From NCBI GenBank assembly GCA_016932695.1, contig JAFGCH010000071.1, forward strand, positions 4,099-68,098: a DNA stretch of 64,000 bases, read 5' to 3'. The position numbers and the translations under genes are program-made. Positions 57,225 to 64,000 of this stretch are shown in pieces; the stretch's first letter is position 1; every line of letters begins with the position of its first letter. The notes under the pieces are model-generated. The model was not told the origin of the DNA. It worked only from the letters and a program-made list of their open reading frames with translations, and ran no database searches. This DNA comes from Acidimicrobiia bacterium. Its GTDB lineage: Bacteria; Actinomycetota; Acidimicrobiia; Spongiisociales; UBA11373.

Positions 57225-57671
57225 TTGGTGGCCGCGGTCACCTTGCGCGAAGTCACCCGGGACACGGTGCGGGCGGTCTGCCGGCTCCAGGTGGCGGCGG
57301 GCCAGGAGGGGTTCGTGGCGCCGAACGCGGTCTCCATCGCCGAGGCGCACTTCCAGCCCAAGGCCTGGTTCCGGGCCATCTACGCCGATGAGGAGATGGT
57401 CGGCTTCGTGATGCTGTACGAGGACCCCGACCAGGCGGAGTACTACCTGTGGCGGCTCATGGTCTCCGGAGAGCACCAGCGTCGCGGCTACGGGCAGCAG
57501 GCGCTCGGCCTGGTGGTCGACCGGCTGCGCACCCTGCCCGGGGCCCGCGAGTTGTTGACCTCCTGCGTGCCCGGCGAGGGCGGCCCAAGGCCCTTCTACG
57601 AGAGGCTGGGCTTCACCGCCACCGGGGAAGTCGACGACGGCGAGGAAGTGCTCCGCCTGCCTCTCGACTGA
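57225..57671 (+). CDS. GNAT family N-acetyltransferase
   Basis: It contains the acetyl-CoA motif QRRGYGQQALGLVV. A TTG/GTG start is preceded by GGGAGGG. Confidence 0.7.
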   Translation: MVAAVTLREVTRDTVRAVCRLQVAAGQEGFVAPNAVSIAEAHFQPKAWFRAIYADEEMVGFVMLYEDPDQAEYYLWRLMVSGEHQRRGYGQQALGLVVDRLRTLPGARELLTSCVPGEGGPRPFYERLGFTATGEVDDGEEVLRLPLD

Positions 57672-57691
57672 GGGGCCCCTAACCTCCGGCC

Positions 57692-58867
57692 GTGGCTCGG
57701 CGCTTGCTGCTGCACGTGACTCTCCTCGCTCTCGGCTTCGCCGGGCTCCGCCTGGCCGTGGTGCCGGCGGAGGTATGCCCGGTGGTCACCGCCGCTCAGG
57801 TGTCTCATGCTGCCGATGAAGCCGCCGCCTGGATCGTTCGCAACATGCGCGACGACGGCCGCTACCTGTACGGCTACGACCGGGACGGCGACGAGATCAG
57901 CGCTCAGTACAACGGCACCCGCCACGCCGGGGTGACCATGTCGTTGTACCAGTACGCCGCCGCCGCGGGCCGCCCCGAGGTGGTGGCCCACGCCGACCGC
58001 GGCCTGGCGTTCATGCTGGAGCGGTTGACGATGGGGGCGGGCTGGGAGGCCTGGCGCCCGCCGGGGGAGGACGTGCAGCTCGGCGCCAATGCCCTCCTTG
58101 TGGCAGCGCTGGTGATGCGCCGCAACGCCACCAGCGACCCGGCCTACGACGAGGCCATGCGATCCGTCGGGCGTTTCCTGCTGGCCCAGCAGCAGCCCGA
58201 CGGCCGGATGTACGCCCTATGGGACGAGGACACCGGGGAGGCGGTACCTGTTTCGGGCAAGTTCGCTACCGGGGAGGCGGCCTGGGCCCTGGCGCTGCTC
58301 GAGGGGGAGTTCCCCGGTGAGGGCTGGGGCGAGGCGGCCCTGCCTACCCTCGATTACCTCGCTCTGCACCGCGACCGGGACGAAGGCAACCTGACCCGCA
58401 TGCCCGATCACTGGGCAGCCTACGCCCTGGCCGAGGTCGGCCCTGCCGGCCTCGACGGCGTGCGGCGGGCCTACGCGCGGCAACTCGCCGGCTACTTCGG
58501 CATCCGCCTGCGCTTCGAGGCGCAGCGGCGGGGGACCGGCATCAACCTCTGGCTGCGCTGGGTGCCCGGCACCCCGGCGGGAGTGGGTACTGCCGGCGAG
58601 GGGATAGCCGCCCTGTGGCGCCTGGCTCGGGCCGAGCCCGGCCTGGCCGACCTCCTGCCCAATGTAGAGGAGCGCCTCGCCTGCTTCGCCGGGATGATGG
58701 TTTCCCGCCAGGCCACGGCGGCCGACGCGGCCGGGTACCCGCGGCCGGGCTTGGTACAGGGGGCCTGGTTCTACCGGGGCTACGTGCAGATGGATGACGT
58801 GCAGCACGTGCTGTCGGGCCTGCTGGCGGCGCGGCCCATGCTGGAGCAACGGGAGGTGGCGGGATGA
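57692..58867 (+). CDS. secreted protein with prenyltransferase/terpene-cyclase-like QW (QxxxDGxW) repeats
   Basis: It has a signal peptide (LLLHVTLLALGFAGLRLAVVPA). QQQPDGRMYALW and GKFATGEAAWALALL suggest an alpha/alpha-toroid fold. The functional call is tentative. Confidence 0.45.
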   Translation: MARRLLLHVTLLALGFAGLRLAVVPAEVCPVVTAAQVSHAADEAAAWIVRNMRDDGRYLYGYDRDGDEISAQYNGTRHAGVTMSLYQYAAAAGRPEVVAHADRGLAFMLERLTMGAGWEAWRPPGEDVQLGANALLVAALVMRRNATSDPAYDEAMRSVGRFLLAQQQPDGRMYALWDEDTGEAVPVSGKFATGEAAWALALLEGEFPGEGWGEAALPTLDYLALHRDRDEGNLTRMPDHWAAYALAEVGPAGLDGVRRAYARQLAGYFGIRLRFEAQRRGTGINLWLRWVPGTPAGVGTAGEGIAALWRLARAEPGLADLLPNVEERLACFAGMMVSRQATAADAAGYPRPGLVQGAWFYRGYVQMDDVQHVLSGLLAARPMLEQREVAG

Positions 58868-59418
58868 CCGCGGGGCTGCTGGCGGCCGCCTACGTAGCGG
58901 CTTTCAACGTGGCGCGCACCCGGCTCGGGGTGCCCGAAGACGAGGGCGGCCGGGCACGCCCGGGCGTCCTGGCAGGCGGCGCCCTTCTGGTGTTGGGCGT
59001 GGTGGCCGCCCTGGCGGCAGCCTCCGGCCCGCTGCTGCGGGTGCTGGAGATCACTCCGGAGACCTTCCGCATCGCCGCCGGGTTCGCCGGCGTCATCGCC
59101 GCCGCCGTGGTCTTAGTTATGCCCCGGCCGGCTGCGGAACCGCTGCCGCGACGCTGGCGGGCCGCGGTGTGGCCGGTGGCTTTCCCCCTGCTGCTGGGGC
59201 CCGAAGTCCTGGCCCTCGCTGTAGCCACCGGATCCCAGGAGGGGGTGGCGGCCACGGTCGCCGCCGCCGCCGGGGCTCTGGTCGCTCTCTTCGTCCTCGG
59301 CTTCCTGCCCCGGCGCCCCCTGCCCGACCGGGTACTCGTCTGGGCCTCCCGGGTACTCGGCGCGGTCCTACTCTTGGTGGCGCTATGGCTGGCGGTGGAT
59401 GGGATTCGGGACGTCTGA
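58864..59418 (+). CDS. small polytopic membrane protein (MarC/UPF0056-like?)
   Basis: The 184-aa product has about 6 hydrophobic helices and an ATGA overlap with the upstream gene. Confidence 0.45.
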   Translation: MTAGLLAAAYVAAFNVARTRLGVPEDEGGRARPGVLAGGALLVLGVVAALAAASGPLLRVLEITPETFRIAAGFAGVIAAAVVLVMPRPAAEPLPRRWRAAVWPVAFPLLLGPEVLALAVATGSQEGVAATVAAAAGALVALFVLGFLPRRPLPDRVLVWASRVLGAVLLLVALWLAVDGIRDV

Positions 59419-60851
59419 ACGGGGGTGAGACCCAGGCGACTCCTGAGCGCACCGCGGCGGGGGCGGTAGCCGACGCGGTTGCTGCCTCCCGGGCGGCCCA
59501 GGGAGTGTGGGCCTCGCTCACCGTGTGGGAGCGTCGCGACGGCCTGCGGGCGCTGCAGCGTGCTCTGGTGGCTCAGGCATCGCGCCTCGTGGAGACGATC
59601 GCCGCGGAAACGGGGAAGCTGCCGGTAGACGCCCTGGAGGCCGAGGTGCTCCCGGCCGCGATCCACACTCGCTATCTGGCGCGCACTGCCCATCTCCACC
59701 TGGCGCCGCGCCGGGTAGCGCCCCAACCCATCCTCCACAAGCGGGCCTGGGTGGAGTACCGCCCCCGGGGGGTGGCCGGGGTCATCTCTCCCTGGAACTT
59801 CCCCTTCTTCCTCTCCTTTCAGCCCACCGTGACCGCCCTGGCGGCGGGCTGCGGGGTGGTGCTCAAGCCCTCCAGTGCCGCCCCCCGCTCGGGAGCCCTG
59901 GTGGGCGAGTTGGCGGCTGCGGCCGGCCTGCCCGACGGGCTGGTGCAGGTGCTCCACGGCGGGGCCGACACCGGCAGGGCCCTGGTGGCCGGAGGCGTGG
60001 ATGTGGTGTCCTTCACCGGATCCTCGGCCGTCGGGCGCGAGGTGGCTGCCCTGGCGGCCCGGCATCTGGTGCCTACCGTGCTGGAGTTGGGGGGGAAGCA
60101 CCCGATGGTGGTGCTGGGCGATGCCGACCCGGTGCGGGCCGCCCGCGGGGCGGTCTGGGGCGGGTGCCTCAACGCCGGGCAAGCCTGCGTCGGGGTGGAG
60201 CGGGTCTTTGTGGTGGCCGAGGCCTATGAGGCCTTCCTCGCTGCCCTGAGTGAGGCCATCGCCCAAGTGGAGGCCTCCGACCATCCGGCGCGCGGGATCG
60301 GCCCGGTGTTCGGGCCCGGGCAGATCGAGGTAGTGGAAGCGCAGGTGGCCGCCGCCATCGCTGCCGGGGCGACTCTGCTGGCCGGGGGGCACCGGGTGGG
60401 AGAGAAGTACTTCGCGCCCACCGTGCTGCTCGACGTCACGCCGTCTATGGAGATAATGCGCGAGGAGACCTTCGGTCCGATTCTCCCCGTGATGCGGGTA
60501 GCCGATGAGGAAGAGGCGATAGCCCGGGCGAACGACTCCGCCTACGGCCTGCATGCCTCGGTGTGGACCGCCAGCACCGCGGCCGGGCGGCGAGTGGCCT
60601 CCCGCCTCCGTGCGGGGACGGTGGCGATCAACGACGCGCTGGTGAATTACGGCGTGCCCGCCTTGCCGTTCGGGGGGGTGGGAGCCTCCGGTTGGGGGCG
60701 GACCGCGGGCGCTGAGGGGGTGCGGGCCTTCTGCTACCCGGTGGCGGTGACCGAATCCCGGTGGCGGCGCCACCGGGAGCCCTATTGGTTCCCGCGCAAA
60801 GGCGGCATGCGCCTACGCCTGCGCCTGCTGCGCCTGCTGGCGGGTCGCTGA
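59385..60851 (+). CDS. aldehyde dehydrogenase family protein
   Basis: The ALDH segments are present (VISPWNFPF, ELGGKHP, the catalytic Cys context GQACVGVERVFV, EETFGPILPV). ATG at 59385 is a plausible start inside the long listed ORF. Confidence 0.8.
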   Translation: MAGGGWDSGRLNGGETQATPERTAAGAVADAVAASRAAQGVWASLTVWERRDGLRALQRALVAQASRLVETIAAETGKLPVDALEAEVLPAAIHTRYLARTAHLHLAPRRVAPQPILHKRAWVEYRPRGVAGVISPWNFPFFLSFQPTVTALAAGCGVVLKPSSAAPRSGALVGELAAAAGLPDGLVQVLHGGADTGRALVAGGVDVVSFTGSSAVGREVAALAARHLVPTVLELGGKHPMVVLGDADPVRAARGAVWGGCLNAGQACVGVERVFVVAEAYEAFLAALSEAIAQVEASDHPARGIGPVFGPGQIEVVEAQVAAAIAAGATLLAGGHRVGEKYFAPTVLLDVTPSMEIMREETFGPILPVMRVADEEEAIARANDSAYGLHASVWTASTAAGRRVASRLRAGTVAINDALVNYGVPALPFGGVGASGWGRTAGAEGVRAFCYPVAVTESRWRRHREPYWFPRKGGMRLRLRLLRLLAGR

Positions 60852-60861
60852 GCCGCCCGGC

Positions 60862-61854
60862 TCAGCTGGCCAGGGCGGCGCGTACCCGCCGCTCGGCTTC
60901 GGTCATCAGGCTCCCCGCCGCCTTCACCGCGTTGATGGCTTCCAGGGTCGGGTGGCCGGCGGCGTGCTCCTCCTGGAAGCGGCGGGCGAAGCCCCCGCTG
61001 CGGAGGTCCTCCAGCACGGCGGTGAACATGCGGTGCATGGCCTCCCGGTCCACCTCCAGGGTGCGGATGAACCCGCCGTACTGGGCCACGGCGCCGTGCC
61101 AGCCGACCGATTCCATGAACCCCACTTCGGCGAATGCCTGGAAGGTGCGGGCCATCTCTCCGGACATGTACATCTCGAGGACCATGGCCTCGGCGGGCAG
61201 TCCGGCGCCCACTCCCAGCATGAAGGCCATCTGGATGGCGGTGCCCAGGTAGGGGCCCACCGTCTGCTCGATCAGCAAGTCGAGCAGGGCTTCGTTGCGA
61301 GCGCTGAGAGGCATGGCCCCCTTGCGCAGGCAGCCGGCGCCGTGGGCCAGGGCGAGGACCCGCCTGGTGGCCTCGCCCGAGGCGTCCTGCTCCACGGACA
61401 CGTAGCCGAAGAAACCGCTGCCGTCGAGGTAGGAGCGGCGCACCTCTTCTCCGAGCATGCGGGGGGCCAGCATCATGACGTCGATGAAGTCGGGGATCTC
61501 GATGAGGCCGTAGGCCAGAACGTACCCCGAGGCGACCACCACTGCCGCCCCCGGCCGCAGGTGGGGCCGGATGTCGGCAGCGAAGCACGCCGGCACGGCC
61601 TCGTCGGGGATGAGCAGGTAGATCAGGCAGGGGGCGGTCACGGCATCGGCGATGTCGAGCACTTCGAAGCCGTCGTCGACGGCGCGGCGGCGGTAATCGT
61701 CGTCGATGTTGCCGACCACGACCTCGACCCCGCTGTCGCGCAGGTTGAGGGCCATGGAGCGGCCCAGGTTCCCGTACCCGACGACTGCTACGCAGGTCCC
61801 ACGCAAGGCCGCCGGGTCGGCGTCCTGCTCGCGGTAGAAGGTGACCCCGCTCAT
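60862..61854 (-). CDS. ilvC: ketol-acid reductoisomerase (class I KARI)-like
   Basis: It contains VAVVGYGNLGRSMALNLRDSGVEVVVG and is 330 aa. No ilvBN genes are adjacent. Confidence 0.75.
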   Translation of the reverse strand: MSGVTFYREQDADPAALRGTCVAVVGYGNLGRSMALNLRDSGVEVVVGNIDDDYRRRAVDDGFEVLDIADAVTAPCLIYLLIPDEAVPACFAADIRPHLRPGAAVVVASGYVLAYGLIEIPDFIDVMMLAPRMLGEEVRRSYLDGSGFFGYVSVEQDASGEATRRVLALAHGAGCLRKGAMPLSARNEALLDLLIEQTVGPYLGTAIQMAFMLGVGAGLPAEAMVLEMYMSGEMARTFQAFAEVGFMESVGWHGAVAQYGGFIRTLEVDREAMHRMFTAVLEDLRSGGFARRFQEEHAAGHPTLEAINAVKAAGSLMTEAERRVRAALAS

Positions 61855-61959
61855 GCTGCCTCCTGGTTGCGCCGGGCGATGCTACCCCTGGGGCCTGCCT
61901 CGGCCCCACAGCCGGGGCACCCCGGCTACCCTCCCGGCGTCGCCGACGGGGAGGGCTTC

Positions 61960-62961
61960 TTGATCAGGGCGCGCATCACCGGGGTGGGTTCCTGCCTGCC
62001 GCCGCGAGTGGTCACCAACGACGACCTGGCGGCTCTCATCGACACCTCCGACGAGTGGATCGTCCAACGGACCGGCATACGGGAGCGCCGCTGGGTGGAG
62101 CCCGAGGTGACCACCTCCGACCTCGCCCTGGCCGCGGCCTCAGAAGCGCTGGAGGCCGCCGGGATCGGCGCCTCGGATCTGGACATGATCATCCTGGCCA
62201 CCCTGAGCCCCGACCACGAGTTCCCCGGCACCGCCTGCTTTCTACAGGCGAAGCTGGGAGTAGCCGGCTGCGCCGCCCTCGATGTGCGTCAGCAGTGCAC
62301 CGGCTTCATCTACGCGGTGTCCGTCGCCGACCAGTTCTTGCGCACCGGCTTTTGCCGGAGAGCCCTGGTGGTAGGGGCCGAGGTGCACTCCAAGGGCTTG
62401 GACGTCTCCACTCCGGGACGGGATCTGGCGGTGCTCTTCGGCGACGGCGCCGGGGCGGTAGTCCTCGAGGCGGGCGAAACGGCTGCCGACGGCCCGGGCA
62501 TTCTGAGCACTCATCTGCACGCCGATGGGTCCGGGGCTACCGACCTGTGGCTGCCCGCCCCCGGAATGGCCTACGAGCGCTTCATGTCGGCGGACCTCCT
62601 CGAGCGCAGGCTGCAGTTCCCCCAGATGAACGGGCGGGCGGTGTACGTCAACGCGGTGAAGCGCATGGCCGAAGCCGTGGTCGAGGCGGTGGCCGCCAAC
62701 GGGATGAAGGTCGAGGACGTGGACCTGTTCCTGTTCCATCAGGCCAATCTGCGTATCAACGAGGCGGTAACCGAACGCCTCGGCCTTCTCCCCGAGCGGG
62801 TGTTCAATACCATCGACCGCTTCGCCAACACCACGGCGGCCACGATCCCACTGGGCATGCACGAGGCGCTGCGGACCGGCCGGCTCGAGAAGGGGATGGT
62901 GGTCTGTGGCGCCGCGTTCGGCAGCGGCTTCACCTGGGGGTCGATGCTGCTGCGCTGGTGA
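61960..62961 (+). CDS. fabH: 3-oxoacyl-ACP synthase III
   Basis: It contains ITGVGSCLPPRVVTNDDLAALIDTSDEWIVQRTGIRERR. The catalytic C/H/N contexts are present (QQCTGF..., HQAN, GSGFTWG). A TTG start is preceded by GGGGAGGG. Confidence 0.8.
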   Translation: MIRARITGVGSCLPPRVVTNDDLAALIDTSDEWIVQRTGIRERRWVEPEVTTSDLALAAASEALEAAGIGASDLDMIILATLSPDHEFPGTACFLQAKLGVAGCAALDVRQQCTGFIYAVSVADQFLRTGFCRRALVVGAEVHSKGLDVSTPGRDLAVLFGDGAGAVVLEAGETAADGPGILSTHLHADGSGATDLWLPAPGMAYERFMSADLLERRLQFPQMNGRAVYVNAVKRMAEAVVEAVAANGMKVEDVDLFLFHQANLRINEAVTERLGLLPERVFNTIDRFANTTAATIPLGMHEALRTGRLEKGMVVCGAAFGSGFTWGSMLLRW

Positions 62962-62973
62962 GGTGGTGGCGAG

Positions 62974-64000
62974 CTAGGGGGTAGGCTCCGGCGGCGGGCA
63001 CTCGGGGCCGCGCTCGATGATCTTGTACAGCCCGGTGTAGTGCCAGACCCACTTCTCGGTGGTTTGCTCGCCGTTGGGGTAGGTGATGTAGCGGTAGATG
63101 TCCACCGACCATCCCCCCGAGCCGTTGGCGGTCACTTCTTCGGTGCCGCACTCCAGGTCGGGGTTGTCCTTGTAGCGGGTGATGGGTGTGGTGAAGTTGT
63201 AGCGGCCGGAGAGGCCGGCCTCCACGTTCAGGCCGCCGTTGTCCCCGTAGATCTTGGCGGTGAGGGAGGTGTCGGTGTAGACGGCCCGGATGATCAGGGC
63301 GTGCCCCGTGTTGTTGCGGAACTTGAGGTCGGGGGCGGGCCAGCCCAGCGTCGCCTCGCGGCCCTCGGGATAGCGTGAGATCCACTCCGAGTGCGGGGTG
63401 TGGTCCACGTCCTCCAGGCCGGCGAAGAAGGCGGCGTTGTACAGAGTGGTGGTCCATTGACTGGTGCCCCCGCCGATGTTGATCGGGCTGTCGCAGCAGT
63501 CCAGTTCACCCATGATGATCGCCGGGGCGGGCACGTAGCCCTTCTCGCGGGTGCGCTGGCCGACGTGGGCATTGAGGGAGAAGACCTCGCCGGGCATGAC
63601 CAGGGCACCGTTGGTGGCGTCGGCGATGAGGTGGATGTTGGTCACCCGGGGCTCGCAGCACCGATGAGGGGTGGTGAACTCCCCGATGAGGCCGGTGATG
63701 CCCAGGGCCTCGATGTCGGCGGTGGTCACCTCGGGCTCGGCTCCCTCCCGATAAGGAAGGTCGGCGGTGCGCCCGGCCGACCGGGCCGCTTCGTCCACCG
63801 CTCCGACCAGGGCGGCGGGGTCGGGCTCCTGGGTGGCGATGCTCGGATTGATGGTGACCTCGTCGGTCTCCACGTCGATCAGCAGTTCGGCATCGACCGG
63901 CTCGGTGGAGAGCCGGGCCATCTGGGGCTCGAGGAACTCCTGCAGGGGGGCGGGGTCCCAGGAGAGGGTGAAGGCCGGAGGCACGACCGAGTCGTCGCGG
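62974..64000 (-). CDS. VanW family protein (5' end beyond the window)
   Basis: It contains the VanW core (GALVMPGEVFSLNAHVGQRTREKGY...IIMGELDCCDSPINIGGGTSQ). The frame stays open to the window edge. Confidence 0.7.
   Translation of the reverse strand, partial: RDDSVVPPAFTLSWDPAPLQEFLEPQMARLSTEPVDAELLIDVETDEVTINPSIATQEPDPAALVGAVDEAARSAGRTADLPYREGAEPEVTTADIEALGITGLIGEFTTPHRCCEPRVTNIHLIADATNGALVMPGEVFSLNAHVGQRTREKGYVPAPAIIMGELDCCDSPINIGGGTSQWTTTLYNAAFFAGLEDVDHTPHSEWISRYPEGREATLGWPAPDLKFRNNTGHALIIRAVYTDTSLTAKIYGDNGGLNVEAGLSGRYNFTTPITRYKDNPDLECGTEEVTANGSGGWSVDIYRYITYPNGEQTTEKWVWHYTGLYKIIERGPECPPPEPTP

Noticed and set aside
1-64000. Mobile elements, integrases, CRISPR arrays, tRNA or rRNA genes
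   Set aside because: No transposase or integrase-like translations appear in any frame. There are no regularly spaced direct repeats and no tRNA-like cloverleaf candidates in the few intergenic gaps I inspected (9674-9752, 23522-23675, 52086-52182, 52975-53134). This was not checked computationally.

Overview
This is a high-GC (about 70%) chromosomal segment that looks actinobacterial. The gene content supports that: an F420 reductase, a MenA-like UbiA prenyltransferase, an LCP protein, an MshD-like tandem GNAT, and frequent GTG/TTG starts with stop/start overlaps. I could support about 55 protein-coding genes, most of them housekeeping or transport. I saw no tRNA or rRNA genes, no CRISPR array, and no transposase or integrase.

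The identifiable genes, in order, are:
- a partial ABC exporter (N-terminal TMD; the ATPase part is off-window)
- an amidase
- a GH94 cellobiose-type phosphorylase
- a divergent TetR / NAD(P)-binding enzyme pair with a palindromic operator candidate
- a five-gene minus-strand block: radical SAM protein, secreted FG-GAP/RTX repeat protein, and HgdB-, HgdA- and HgdC-like 2-hydroxyacyl-CoA dehydratase subunits and activase
- a divergent NifX/NifB-like FeMo-cofactor-domain protein translationally coupled to a TsaA/YaeB-like protein, plus a flavodoxin
- a small gene-decay zone: a candidate 38-aa membrane ORF, a 3' aldehyde dehydrogenase remnant with a frameshift, and an LtrA gene interrupted by one in-frame TAG
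- npdG and a pirin
- a complete Opp/Dpp-type ABC importer whose substrate-binding protein appears circularly permuted
- mgsA, an MshD-like tandem GNAT, rsfS and a DRG-like GTPase with a TGS domain
- an HD-GYP phosphodiesterase overlapping (ATGA) an upstream HEAT-repeat protein
- an operon-like set: APC permease fused to tandem USP-like domains, an Orn/DAP/Arg-fold PLP decarboxylase, a small 4-TM protein and an SDR
- a META-domain lipoprotein
- two DHA2 MFS exporters, one next to an apparently frameshifted LAL/LuxR-type regulator
- a C69-like Ntn hydrolase, a Cys-rich lipoprotein directly upstream of a GH13 amylase, and a UbiA-family prenyltransferase
- a PEBP, a dodecin, a DUF72 protein, a SRPBCC protein and a YwiC-like membrane protein
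- NAD-malic enzyme, folE, and a beta-helix lipoprotein with about 138-bp tandem repeats
- a GNAT, a secreted QW-repeat protein, an aldehyde dehydrogenase, an ilvC-like KARI, fabH, and a partial VanW-family gene at the window end

The most interesting candidate for an undescribed system is the co-directional radical SAM / FG-GAP / HgdBAC-like block together with the divergent NifX-like, TsaA-like and flavodoxin genes (about 6.5-13.9 kb).
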